A stretch of 47,667 nucleotides of DNA from Terrimicrobiaceae bacterium (GTDB taxonomy: Bacteria; Verrucomicrobiota; Verrucomicrobiia; Chthoniobacterales; Terrimicrobiaceae): assembly GCA_044342325.1 (NCBI GenBank), contig JBIIPZ010000025.1, forward strand, positions 1-47,667, written 5' to 3'. The notes below the pieces were generated by a model. That model ran no database searches. It saw only the letters and a list, made by a program, of their open reading frames with translations, and was not told where the DNA came from. Positions 28,529 to 38,198 of the stretch are shown piece by piece. Every line of letters starts with the position of its first letter. The stretch's first letter is position 1. The translations under genes and the position numbers were made by a program.

Positions 28529-29418
28529 TCGGAAGCAGTAATCGTCGTGTAAAGGGGACGGTGGTCGCTGGCCCGACTCCACTCGCGACCGCCACCAATT
28601 CCGCTGCGGGAGAGCTTCACTTCGGGCCAGAGCCCCTCACTGGCGAGGAGGTAATCGATGCGGGAATAAACATCCGCATCCGACCAAAAATGCGTCCAGA
28701 CAAGCCCATGCGAATCGCGCAAGGGAAGATCCCGCATGACAGAGCGCGTCCCGGGAATTCCACGAATATCTTTGACCGGTGATTCGTTCTTCGTGTCGTT
28801 CAAGTCTCCAAATAGAAGAAGGTTCACCGAAGAATCCGCCTTCAGAATCGAATCCAGATGGGCGCGGACGATCAAAGCCTCGCGGGCGCGGAATTTTTTT
28901 TCATCAAAGGTCGGAACAGCCCGACGGGACTTCAAATGAACCCCAACAAGGCGAAGTTGATATTCCGGCGAGACCTCGACTGTGGCATCGAGAATTCCCC
29001 GCGCCATTCTTTGGTGACGGCCATCGAGTTCAAAGGCCACATCCGGCTTCGAGTTGCGGGCCACGATTGGAAACCGACTCAACAGAGCAATATGACGCGC
29101 CCCTTCGGACGAAGCGACCCACTCAGCATGTGGAAAAACCATTCCTGCAGCCGAAAGCCGCTCCTGCAAGTCGGCCAGCATAGTCCGGTCGCCAATCTCC
29201 ACGATACCCAAAATATCCGGCCAAATGCGCTTGAGCATCGTAAGCAAAGCAGAAATCTCAGACTCTGGCTTCGGAGCATTCTCCACACGCCGACCGTCAA
29301 TGACACGCGGCATGGGCAAATAATTCTCAAGATTGTAGTAGGCAACTACAAATTCCTTGGCGGCGAGAGGCTGAAGGAAAAAAAGTAAAACCCAGCAAAA
29401 AATCCCACGCGGCGACAT
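28525..29418 (-). CDS. Secreted endonuclease/exonuclease/phosphatase-family protein
   Basis: YNLEN, DILGIVE, HLKS, GDLND, RIDY, SDHRP; start ATG 29418. Confidence 0.88.
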   Translation of the reverse strand: MSPRGIFCWVLLFFLQPLAAKEFVVAYYNLENYLPMPRVIDGRRVENAPKPESEISALLTMLKRIWPDILGIVEIGDRTMLADLQERLSAAGMVFPHAEWVASSEGARHIALLSRFPIVARNSKPDVAFELDGRHQRMARGILDATVEVSPEYQLRLVGVHLKSRRAVPTFDEKKFRAREALIVRAHLDSILKADSSVNLLLFGDLNDTKNESPVKDIRGIPGTRSVMRDLPLRDSHGLVWTHFWSDADVYSRIDYLLASEGLWPEVKLSRSGIGGGREWSRASDHRPLYTTITASE

Positions 29419-29437
29419 GTGGATTCGCCGTGACGGC

Positions 29438-29674
29438 TCAAGCCGGCTTGTGAGGCTGCTTTTCCGCTGGCTCCTTGATCTCAAGTTCGGCGGTGGATTT
29501 ATGAATTTCACGCTCAAAGTCGTCACGAGCGCGCTTGAACTCACCCAGGCTCTGACCAATTCCTCGGGCCAACTCCGGAAGCTTTTTAGCCCCGAAAAGT
29601 AAAAGCACGATGACGAGAATAAAAACAATTTCAGGCCATCCCGGCATAGACAGGGCAAACAATGGTGAGTTCAT
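29438..29674 (-). CDS. tatA: Twin-arginine translocase subunit TatA/E
   Basis: [26 protein letters not shown]; start ATG 29674. Confidence 0.93.
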   Translation of the reverse strand: MNSPLFALSMPGWPEIVFILVIVLLLFGAKKLPELARGIGQSLGEFKRARDDFEREIHKSTAELEIKEPAEKQPHKPA

Positions 29675-29867
29675 ATGCTCAGTCATTACGCCGGATATCC
29701 CATGGAAGCAATTTAATAGACAAAGAAGCAGCGGAAAAAAACCAGACACTGCTTCAGAGTGCGAGGGGAAAATCTTTCGGGACAAAACCTTCTACCCCTG
29801 CGCATTTGGGTCTTGGATTGCCGACTTCGCCCGTCACCGCTGGAAATACAGATTCACAGCAGCTTGT

Positions 29868-30332
29868 TTATGAGGCTTTTTTGTCGCTGCTGAAGAAGCC
29901 GGAGATCAAAAAGAGGGCGGCGGCTCCGCAGATGGCGGAGTCGGCGACATTGAAGGCCGGCCAGTGGCCATACCACGGAAGGATGACATCGAGAAAATCC
30001 ACGACATAGCCATGGAGGATGCGGTCGGTGAGGTTGCCAAGCACTCCGGAGACAAGCAGGGCGGCGCCGAAGCGCGAGGGAGCGTCAGCGAAGGCTCCGC
30101 GCCGCGCGAAGATGGCGAGGAGGATCAATGCTACCGAGGCAAGAAGCATGAAAAACAGGTTGTTGTTTTTAAACATACCGAAGGCCGCGCCGGTGTTGTG
30201 GACTTGGACGAGGTAGAAAAAACCAGGGATCACCGGCACGAACTCGTCTGTGGAAATGAAGCGCAGGACGAGCCATTTCGTGACCTGATCAAGCAGGTAG
30301 AGCGGCAGGGTAATAAATAAGAGAAGCTTCAT
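29868..30332 (-). CDS. lspA: Lipoprotein signal peptidase II
   Basis: DQVTK, NTGAAFG, GNLTDR, VVDF, FNVAD; canonical ileS-lspA pair. Confidence 0.96.
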   Translation of the reverse strand: MKLLLFITLPLYLLDQVTKWLVLRFISTDEFVPVIPGFFYLVQVHNTGAAFGMFKNNNLFFMLLASVALILLAIFARRGAFADAPSRFGAALLVSGVLGNLTDRILHGYVVDFLDVILPWYGHWPAFNVADSAICGAAALFLISGFFSSDKKAS

Positions 30333-33052
30333 CCCAAGACGGCGAGGGCTTCCTCACAGCGGGCGCAGAGGGTTGGGTGGTTTGCGCTGGAACCGACTTC
30401 CGGACGGTGACGCCAGCAGCGCTCGCAGCGGGCGTGAGGAGTTTTGGAGATCTCCACGGAGGCGGTGTCGGAGGAGACCACCTCAAGATCGCTGAGGATG
30501 AAGACTTCCTCCAATTCGACTTTGAGAGGTTTGAGAAGAGTGGCCTCCGAATCGGTGACAGAGAGTTTAACCCGCGCTTCGAGCGCGCTACCGATCTCGC
30601 CGGCTTTTTGAGGTTTTTCCACGGCTTGGGAAATGCGGCTGCGGATTTGAAGGAGCTGATCCATCGTTCCGACAGCGTCGGGATTGGTCCAACGGGCATC
30701 GGGTTTTGGGAAATCCTGCAGGTGAACGGATGTGCCGGGCTGGAAGTAACCCCAGGCTTCTTCGGCGGTGAAGGCGACTATCGGCGCGAGAAGGCGGGTG
30801 AGCGCATCCAGCACGCTGTGCATGGCGAACTGCGTCGCGCGGCGGCGTGAGGAAGCCACGGTATCGCAGTAGAGTCGATCCTTCGTGATATCCACATACA
30901 GGCTGCTCAAATCGACGGCGCAAAATTGGTTGATGGTGTGGTAAACACGGTGGAACTCGAGTTTTTCGTAGGCATCGAGGCATGTGGCCACGACTTCCTG
31001 GAGGCGGGCGAGAATCCACCGATCGACGAAGGTGAGGGATTCCGGCGCGGGGGGATTTGCCGCGTCGTAGTCGTGAAGATTCGCAAGAAGGATGCGCAGT
31101 GTGTTGCGGACGCGTCGGTAGGAATCCGAGAGACGCGTGAAGATTTCCTCCGAGAAAGGAACATCGTCTGTGAAGTTCACACTACTGACCCACAGGCGCA
31201 GGAGGTCGGCGCCGTATTTATTCACATAATGGTCGGCATCCGTGGGTTTCTGATATCCACCAGCGGCGGACTTCGAGATTTTCTTGCGGGTGTCGACATC
31301 CATCACGAATCCATGGGTGAGGACGGCGCGGTAGGGGGCGCAGTCGTTCAGGGCAACGGATGTCATGAGCGAACTCTGAAACCAGCCGCGATGTTGATCG
31401 GTCGCCTCGAGGTAGAGATCAGCGGGGAAGCCGAGCTCGGGGCGCTGGCGCATGACGGTTTCGTGACTGAGGCCGGAGTCCATCCACACATCGAGGGTGT
31501 CGTTGCGACGGGCCGTTCCGGCGGGCAGACCGACAAGGGCGCACCATGCGGCGTCATCCATTTCGAACCAGGAGTTCGTGCCTTTTTCCGCAAAAATGTC
31601 CGCGACCTTGCAAATCACGTCGGGATCCAAGATCGGCGCGCCTTTGGCATCGTAGAAAACCGGCAGTGGCACGCCCCATGTGCGTTGGCGGGAGATGCAC
31701 CAGTCGGGACGGGACTCCACGGTGCCGCGAATGCGGTTGCGACCCCAGTGCGGGAGCCATGTGGTGGCATCGACTTCTTCGAGGGCCTTGGCACGGATGC
31801 TTTCGATGCGGATGAAGAACTGCTCAACGGCGCGGAAGATGACCGGCGTCTTGGAGCGCCAGCAGTGCGGGTAGGAGTGTTCATGGGCTCCCTGTCCGGC
31901 GAGGGCTCCTTTTTGTTTCAGAAGTTCGATGATGCCGGCATTCGCCTCGAAGACATTTTTACCAACGAATTCGGGCAAGCCGCACTCCTCGGTGTAGCGC
32001 CCGTAGTCATCGACGGGTGAGAGCAGCGAGAGCCCACGCTCCATGCCGAGCTGGTAGTCGTCCTCGCCATGGCCTGGCGCGATATGAACGCAGCCTGTGC
32101 CGGTATCCAGGGTCACAAAGGCTGCGGTATGAATCGTGGCGTTGCGCGGCAGAAAGGGATGGCTGGCCTCGAGGCCCTCCAATGCGGAACCGGGGAGTGT
32201 TTTTTCGACGGCGATTTTTTCAGCACCGGTGGCCGCGCAGAAGGAATCCAGAAGCGACTCGGCGAGAACGATGGTTTTTTCAGCACCCTCGAGGCGCACG
32301 CGGGCCACGGCGTATTGGTGGGCGGCGTTCACGGCGATGGCGAGGTTCGCGGGAAGTGTCCACGGAGTGGTCGTCCAGATCACAACAGAGGCCTTGCCTG
32401 CAAATTCTCCGCTCACGAGCGGGAAGAGAACATAGACCGCAGGGGAGGTTTTATCCTGGTATTCGACTTCGGCTTCGGCGAGCGCCGTCTGAGCGCCGGT
32501 GCTCCAGAGGACGGGTTTCTTCTTGCGATAAACGAGGCCTTTTTCCACGAAGCGGGCGAACGAGCGGATCATGCCGGCCTCGTAGGAGGGATCGAGCGTT
32601 AGGTAGGGATGTTCCCAGTCGCCAAGGACGCCCAGTCGACGGAATTGGCGGCGCTGGATGTCGATGAATTTGCGGGCGTATTCCTCCGAGCGGCGGCGCA
32701 CCTCGGCGGGGGTGAGACCTGCGGAGGATTTGACCACCCGAAATTCGATCGGGAGGCCGTGGCAATCCCAACCAGGAACGAATGGGGCGCGGAAGCCTGC
32801 CATCGTTTTGGATTTAACCACGAAGTCCTTGAGAATCTTGTTGAGCGCCGTCCCCATGTGGACATCGCCATTCGCGAAGGGCGGTCCATCGTGGAGAAGA
32901 TAGAGCGGAGCATCTTTGCGACGCTCTTGGATTTTTTCGTAAAGCCCCTCCCCTTCCCACTTGGCCAGCATTTCAGGTTCACGCTGTGCCAGACCGGCCT
33001 TCATGGGAAAATCGGTTTTCGGAAGATTGATCGTGTTTTTGTATCCGCTCAT
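30329..33052 (-). CDS. ileS: Isoleucine-tRNA ligase (type 1)
   Basis: LHDGPPFANG, GWDCHGLPIE, WTTTPWT, DWCISRQR, C-terminal CERC...CARC. Confidence 0.97.
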   Translation of the reverse strand: MSGYKNTINLPKTDFPMKAGLAQREPEMLAKWEGEGLYEKIQERRKDAPLYLLHDGPPFANGDVHMGTALNKILKDFVVKSKTMAGFRAPFVPGWDCHGLPIEFRVVKSSAGLTPAEVRRRSEEYARKFIDIQRRQFRRLGVLGDWEHPYLTLDPSYEAGMIRSFARFVEKGLVYRKKKPVLWSTGAQTALAEAEVEYQDKTSPAVYVLFPLVSGEFAGKASVVIWTTTPWTLPANLAIAVNAAHQYAVARVRLEGAEKTIVLAESLLDSFCAATGAEKIAVEKTLPGSALEGLEASHPFLPRNATIHTAAFVTLDTGTGCVHIAPGHGEDDYQLGMERGLSLLSPVDDYGRYTEECGLPEFVGKNVFEANAGIIELLKQKGALAGQGAHEHSYPHCWRSKTPVIFRAVEQFFIRIESIRAKALEEVDATTWLPHWGRNRIRGTVESRPDWCISRQRTWGVPLPVFYDAKGAPILDPDVICKVADIFAEKGTNSWFEMDDAAWCALVGLPAGTARRNDTLDVWMDSGLSHETVMRQRPELGFPADLYLEATDQHRGWFQSSLMTSVALNDCAPYRAVLTHGFVMDVDTRKKISKSAAGGYQKPTDADHYVNKYGADLLRLWVSSVNFTDDVPFSEEIFTRLSDSYRRVRNTLRILLANLHDYDAANPPAPESLTFVDRWILARLQEVVATCLDAYEKLEFHRVYHTINQFCAVDLSSLYVDITKDRLYCDTVASSRRRATQFAMHSVLDALTRLLAPIVAFTAEEAWGYFQPGTSVHLQDFPKPDARWTNPDAVGTMDQLLQIRSRISQAVEKPQKAGEIGSALEARVKLSVTDSEATLLKPLKVELEEVFILSDLEVVSSDTASVEISKTPHARCERCWRHRPEVGSSANHPTLCARCEEALAVLG

Positions 33053-33107
33053 GAGAAGCGAAAACCATTATCAGTCGGAGATCGATGGGTCAACGCCACC
33101 AAGTAGC

Positions 33108-33566
33108 TTAGGAAGCCGATGCAGTCCCCTTGCGCACCAAGTCACCCAAGGCAAGCGAGGCAGGGAACCCCTCAGGAAGACGGACAGGCTTGCCTGCAGG
33201 CATCTGGACCAATGCCAGCGCCTGTCGGCATTTGACAAGCTGGGCGCCATCCGAGGGGCGATTGACTTCAAATTCCACCCAAAAACGGACACCGCTCCAC
33301 TCAACCACACGGCCCTCGATACGGAGAACATCGCCGAGTTTGGCTGGGCGTTTGTAGTCGATCTCGGTGCGACTCACCACCGCATGAACGCCCGTGCGCT
33401 CGATCTCCGCAAAGTCCATACCCATTTGGATCGCGAGAAGAGTGCGGGCTGTTTCTATGAAGCGAAGGTAAACAATATTGTGAACCACCCCACCTGCATC
33501 GGTATCGAAATACATAACGCGCACTTCTGTCGAGATGCGGCAGTTGTCAGGGATGGGCAGTTCCAT
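33108..33566 (-). CDS. Acyl-CoA thioesterase (4HBT/YbgC hot-dog family)
   Basis: VMYFDTDAGGVVHNIVYLRFIETAR, IDYKRPA. Confidence 0.85.
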   Translation of the reverse strand: MELPIPDNCRISTEVRVMYFDTDAGGVVHNIVYLRFIETARTLLAIQMGMDFAEIERTGVHAVVSRTEIDYKRPAKLGDVLRIEGRVVEWSGVRFWVEFEVNRPSDGAQLVKCRQALALVQMPAGKPVRLPEGFPASLALGDLVRKGTASAS

Positions 33567-33583
33567 GGAAGCGAGATGGCGTC

Positions 33584-34909
33584 TTATTTAATCTCTGAGA
33601 TGCGTTTTTCTAGGTTCGCATCGGGCATGACAGCGAGTGCCTCTTGGAATTTGGCTACGGCCAGCTTTTTATCCGTTCCGGCCAGAAGCGTATTTCCCTC
33701 ATCGACGAGGGCCGAAAATTTCGCAATCTGGCCCTCTGCATAAGACTTGATGCTCTCGAGGGCTGCCGTTGTTTTGGAACCAATTTGGCGTCCAGACGGG
33801 CTCAGAGCTGTCACCCCGTCGATAGAGGCCTTGTAGTCCCGCTCAGTGAGGCGCGCTTGAAGCGTTGGGAGGGCATCCTTGAAAGCAATGCAGGCATCGA
33901 ATGCAGGTGAGGGAAGCCAGATTCCCGCAGGAGGAGATCCCGCGCGGAATACGGCGAGTTTGGAGGTCAAACTACCAATCTGGGTCGTGAGTTCCGAAGA
34001 CACAGTTGGGAGGATGCCTTGGGAGAGGGATTCCTCATTCCAAAGGCTCTCGATGCCCAGTTTTAGCGCATCGATTTCCTGTGTGAGTTCCGCCGCGACT
34101 TCCGCTTGGCGGAGCACGCTGGCTGTGCGCGGACTGGGGTCTGGGAGAGACTTGAGTTTATCCAAGAGAATAGCTGCGGCGCTGGGTGAAAGGGGCGACT
34201 GAAGTTTCACCAGGATCGCATCCTGTTCCTCGCGGGAAACAAGCTTCGCACACTCCATTTGTATGGCGTCAAGACGAGCTTGGAGTGCGGCATCGGACGC
34301 GGCGAGCTCGGTGAGTTTGGCAAAATCCGCATTGGCATTGAGATCGAAGTCTTTCTTGATTTTCGCCTCAGCCATAGCGCGGCGGAGTCGCGATTCGACT
34401 TTCTGGATTTCCAATTGGCGGTATTTATCACGGGTCTCCCATTTATTTGGACTGGTCATGACCTCACCTGCGTCGTATCGGCTGGCGATTGTTTGGAATG
34501 GTTTGAGGTATTCCGAAATCACAGTCCCAGCCGCAGGCACGGCCGCGATGGCCGTCTTCATCTCATCGATACTTTTCTGGAGTTCCCTGCGTTGCGAGTC
34601 CTCGATGACCTCGCTGGGCGTTTTGGGCTGGAGAATAAGCCTCACAATGCGAGCGGATGGAATTTGCGTATCTTTACCGCTTGGAAGGCGAAGAACAAAA
34701 TATCCCGCGCCGGCTGATCCCCTTGCCGTGCGATCAGTAAATGCACTGAACTTGACCACTTCTGCTTCGGACGGCTTGGACCAAGGCTGAGGCTTTACCA
34801 GAGCGATCCCGGCAGTTTGAACTATGGTGTTTCCATCCCTGTCTTGAGCGTGGAGTGGAACAAGCGCCATGAGAGCCGAAACAATGGCAAAGCATAGAAA
34901 ATGAGGCAT
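33584..34909 (-). CDS. Hypothetical secreted helical protein
   Basis: 441-aa ORF with signal peptide (..ALVPLHA-QD) and a TPR-like C-terminus; no recognised family. Confidence 0.7.
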   Translation of the reverse strand: MPHFLCFAIVSALMALVPLHAQDRDGNTIVQTAGIALVKPQPWSKPSEAEVVKFSAFTDRTARGSAGAGYFVLRLPSGKDTQIPSARIVRLILQPKTPSEVIEDSQRRELQKSIDEMKTAIAAVPAAGTVISEYLKPFQTIASRYDAGEVMTSPNKWETRDKYRQLEIQKVESRLRRAMAEAKIKKDFDLNANADFAKLTELAASDAALQARLDAIQMECAKLVSREEQDAILVKLQSPLSPSAAAILLDKLKSLPDPSPRTASVLRQAEVAAELTQEIDALKLGIESLWNEESLSQGILPTVSSELTTQIGSLTSKLAVFRAGSPPAGIWLPSPAFDACIAFKDALPTLQARLTERDYKASIDGVTALSPSGRQIGSKTTAALESIKSYAEGQIAKFSALVDEGNTLLAGTDKKLAVAKFQEALAVMPDANLEKRISEIK

Positions 34910-34975
34910 GGAGTCACTCTGTCATTTCCAGTCTAAAAAGGGCAAGCCTTCGGGTGTTATCGGAAAAATTCCGCC

Positions 34976-36037
34976 TCAGCGCAGGCCTTCGATTGCTCTG
35001 CGAATATCTGCCTCCGTGACGGCATCCGAGACGAATGCATCACCCAATCGCTTGAGCAGGACAAACCGAATGCCGCCAGCTGCGAATTTTTTATCTTTTT
35101 TCAATGCAGAGAGAATAGCCTCGGTTTCAATCGAGGCGTCAAGCTGGACTGGAAGCCTGTAGGTATCCAAGGCTTCGGAAACCCTTGCTGCTTCGTGTTC
35201 GGGAAGTCCGGATTTCTCCACCGAAAGCCGGCAAGCCGCCCGAAGCCCCAAGCTGATCGCTTCGCCGTGGAGAAACTTGCCATAGCCCGCCGCCGCCTCG
35301 ATGCCGTGCCCGATAGTATGGCCGAAATTCAGCAGGGCGCGGAGTCCTTTTGTTTCGAATTCATCCTCCGCGACGATCGCTGCTTTGATTCCGACATTTC
35401 GCGCGATGAGAGAAGGAAGGTCATCGAGAGAATCGAGCATCGCGGGATCACGAATTGCGGCATGTTTAATGACCTCAGCAAAACCCTCGTTCAATTCCCG
35501 CTTTGGCAGGCTGCCGAGCGTATCTGTATCGGCAATCACAAGCCGTGGCTGATGAAATGACCCAATGAGATTTTTCCCCCCGGCGGCGTTGACTCCCGTC
35601 TTTCCGCCAACCGAACTGTCCACCTGCGAAACGATGGTAGTGGGAATTTGAATATAAGGAATGCCCCGGTAATAAACGGCAGCGGCAAAACCAGCCAAGT
35701 CTCCGACGACTCCCCCGCCCAGCGCGATGAGGAGTGAGGCGCGATCGAGACCGGCTTCGATCATGGCGTCGCAAATGAATCCCAGTTGGGAAATCGACTT
35801 CGAGGACTCGCCTGCGGGAACCGTGACGCGCACAGGCTGAAAGCCAGCCTGGGAGAGAGAAAGCTCTACCGCCTCAGCATAAAGTGGACCGACATTCGAG
35901 TCTGTCACAACCACACAACGGCAGGGCTTGGACACGCGCGAAATCAACTCGCCGCTGAACGAAATCGCCCCGGCGCCGATGAGAACTTTGTAGGGCGCTC
36001 TGGACAGTTCAACGGAGACTTCAAGGATCGAATTCAT
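34976..36037 (-). CDS. aroB: 3-dehydroquinate synthase
   Basis: GGGVVGDLAGF, DSSVGGKTG, KNLIG, LNFGHTIGH, DKK. Confidence 0.96.
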   Translation of the reverse strand: MNSILEVSVELSRAPYKVLIGAGAISFSGELISRVSKPCRCVVVTDSNVGPLYAEAVELSLSQAGFQPVRVTVPAGESSKSISQLGFICDAMIEAGLDRASLLIALGGGVVGDLAGFAAAVYYRGIPYIQIPTTIVSQVDSSVGGKTGVNAAGGKNLIGSFHQPRLVIADTDTLGSLPKRELNEGFAEVIKHAAIRDPAMLDSLDDLPSLIARNVGIKAAIVAEDEFETKGLRALLNFGHTIGHGIEAAAGYGKFLHGEAISLGLRAACRLSVEKSGLPEHEAARVSEALDTYRLPVQLDASIETEAILSALKKDKKFAAGGIRFVLLKRLGDAFVSDAVTEADIRRAIEGLR

Positions 36038-36378
36038 TGCGAAACTCCCAGCCGGGCCAGTGCCTCCTCCTGATCGTCAGCAATGACGAACAATTGATCC
36101 AGACGGACCAATTCAAAAAGCGTGGACACTTTTTTCTCCAGACCGAAGAGCGCCAACTTGCCGCCGAATTTTGCGGCATCCTTCAAGTATCCAATGAGAA
36201 TCGCGAGACCGCTGGAGTCGATATAGCCGACCCGTTTGAAATCAATCAAAAGCACAGGCGTCTGGGCATCAGAGCACGCCTTCAACTCGCTTCTCAGCGG
36301 ACCAGAGGAGTGCAGGTCGATCTCGCCCGTCAGTTCCAGAACTGTAGAAAAGGGCGATGACATTTTCTCAATCGTCAT
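36034..36378 (-). CDS. STAS-domain anti-sigma-factor antagonist
   Basis: LTGEID, YIDSSGL (phosphoacceptor Ser), FELVRLD. Confidence 0.88.
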   Translation of the reverse strand: MTIEKMSSPFSTVLELTGEIDLHSSGPLRSELKACSDAQTPVLLIDFKRVGYIDSSGLAILIGYLKDAAKFGGKLALFGLEKKVSTLFELVRLDQLFVIADDQEEALARLGVSQ

Positions 36379-36519
36379 AGCTCTTTCTAAACGCGGAGGA
36401 ATTGTGTGAAAAGAACCGATTCGGCCTGATAAGGAAAAAGCTGAATAATGTTGTCAGCGTCCGAGTTTGTGGCAAGTTTCAGGCGGCAACTTGCCTGGAA
36501 AGGAGGGGGAAAAATTATC

Positions 36520-36639
36520 ATGAAATTCGCAACTATCGCTGCCGTGGCAGCTCTCGCGATCGCAGCTCTTGGATTGGGCGCTTGCGCCAGCAAGCCGAAA
36601 CCGGCACCTGCTCCGAGCAAAATCGGAACGTCCAAATAA
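36520..36639 (+). CDS. 39-aa small lipoprotein
   Basis: AGGAGG upstream; MKFATIAAVAALAIAALGLGA-CASKPKPAPAPSKIGTSK with lipobox LGAC; followed by its own terminator. Confidence 0.8.
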   Translation: MKFATIAAVAALAIAALGLGACASKPKPAPAPSKIGTSK

Positions 36640-36650
36640 TGACGATCATT

Positions 36651-36693
36651 AAGGCCGGGTGGAACGCTGTTCCGCCCGGCCTTTTACTTTTTT
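36651..36693 (+). terminator. Intrinsic terminator after the small lipoprotein gene
   Basis: AAGGCCGGGTGGAAC-GCT-GTTCCGCCCGGCCTT followed by TTACTTTTTT. Confidence 0.88.
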
Positions 36694-36762
36694 ATTGGCA
36701 AATGAACCCGCGCCAGATTCCTAAGAATTCGCGAGGAGCACAAATCCAGCACCGAACAGAAA

Positions 36763-37269
36763 ATGAAATCTAAAAAATCAAAAGCCACATCCCCCGTTGT
36801 GGGAGTCGTCATGGGGAGCCGATCGGATTGGAGCACCATGAAGGAAACTTCGGTGTTTCTGGAGAAACTCGGCATCGAACATGAGTGTCGTATTGTTTCC
36901 GCGCACCGCACGCCGGATTTGCTTTCGGAATACGCCAAGGCGGCCGCCACGCGGGGTCTTCGTTGCATCATCGCCGGCGCTGGCGGCGCCGCCCATCTGC
37001 CGGGAATGCTGGCCGCACACACTCACATACCCGTGCTTGGTGTTCCAGTGGAGAGTCACGCCCTGCGCGGCCAGGACTCTCTTCTATCGATCGTGCAAAT
37101 GCCGGCAGGAATTCCCGTGGCGACTTTCGCCATAGGTGTCGCCGGGGCCAAGAATGCGGCTCTCTTTGCAGCAGCCATCTTGAGCACGGACATGCCGACC
37201 GTTGCCAAAAACCTCCTCGCCTTCCGGAAGCGGCAGACGGATGAAGTCCTCGCCGCCACTCTCGATTGA
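36763..37269 (+). CDS. purE: N5-CAIR mutase
   Basis: [34 protein letters not shown]. Confidence 0.96.
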   Translation: MKSKKSKATSPVVGVVMGSRSDWSTMKETSVFLEKLGIEHECRIVSAHRTPDLLSEYAKAAATRGLRCIIAGAGGAAHLPGMLAAHTHIPVLGVPVESHALRGQDSLLSIVQMPAGIPVATFAIGVAGAKNAALFAAAILSTDMPTVAKNLLAFRKRQTDEVLAATLD

Positions 37270-38198
37270 AAACCCACATTCTGAAGCCCGGAAATGGGAT
37301 TCCCGAAGCCGTCTCAATACTACGGGAAGGGCTGCCGGTGGCACTGCCGACCGAGACAGTCTATGGATTAGCGGCGAACGCCCTCTCGCCAGATGCCTGT
37401 GCCCGCATTTTTGAAGCCAAGGAACGCCCACTCAGCGACCCGCTGATTGTTCACATTCCCTCGATAGACTGGCTTTCACGCATAGCCGTCCCCTCCCCGC
37501 TGGCACGCACTCTGGCTGAAACTTTTTGGCCCGGACCACTCACGCTCGTTCTGCCACGGCAGGCGACCATTCCAGATATTGTGACTGCCGGTCAGGACAC
37601 GGTCGCGGTGCGCATGAGTGCGCACACGGTTTTTCAGCAAGTTGTGAAAACATTCGGAAAGCCCCTTGCTGCTCCGAGCGCCAACCGTTTTGGCCGTATC
37701 AGCCCAACCTCCGCAGCCCATGTGATGAGCGAACTGGAGGGCCGCATTGGTCTGATTCTCGATGGCGGCCCGTGCACGCATGGGATCGAATCCACCATCG
37801 TCCATGTGCTGGAGGACCGCTTGCAGATCCTTCGCCCCGGACCCATCACAGAAGATGACCTTCGCATTTTTGCGCCCGTATTTCACGGACCGGCAGGAGT
37901 TGCAGCGCCAGGTGGACTCAAGAGCCACTACGCCCCGCGCACGAAGCTCGTCATCGAACAACAACCGAGGCCAAGGGGGCCTCGCAACGGCCTCCTCGCA
38001 TGGTCACAGAGCAGGGAGGGATTTTCCCAAACGGAGTTTCTCAGCCGCAGCAACGACCTTCGCGAGGCGGCAGCGAATCTCTACGGCGCCATGCGCCGCC
38101 TCGACGAAGCGGGCCTTGATCTCATCATCGCCGAGGCACTGCCCGAATCAGGAATAGGCGCCGCTATCATGGAACGCCTCCGCAAAGCCGCCGCCTGA
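37266..38198 (+). CDS. sua5: L-threonylcarbamoyladenylate synthase (Sua5 type)
   Basis: [29 protein letters not shown], PGxxxSHYAP; TTG start overlapping the purE stop. Confidence 0.92.
   Translation: MKTHILKPGNGIPEAVSILREGLPVALPTETVYGLAANALSPDACARIFEAKERPLSDPLIVHIPSIDWLSRIAVPSPLARTLAETFWPGPLTLVLPRQATIPDIVTAGQDTVAVRMSAHTVFQQVVKTFGKPLAAPSANRFGRISPTSAAHVMSELEGRIGLILDGGPCTHGIESTIVHVLEDRLQILRPGPITEDDLRIFAPVFHGPAGVAAPGGLKSHYAPRTKLVIEQQPRPRGPRNGLLAWSQSREGFSQTEFLSRSNDLREAAANLYGAMRRLDEAGLDLIIAEALPESGIGAAIMERLRKAAA

Noticed and set aside
29868..33052. Apparently higher GC in ileS-lspA as a sign of horizontal transfer
   Set aside because: Only an impression from sampled lines; the gene order is canonical and there are no mobility signatures.
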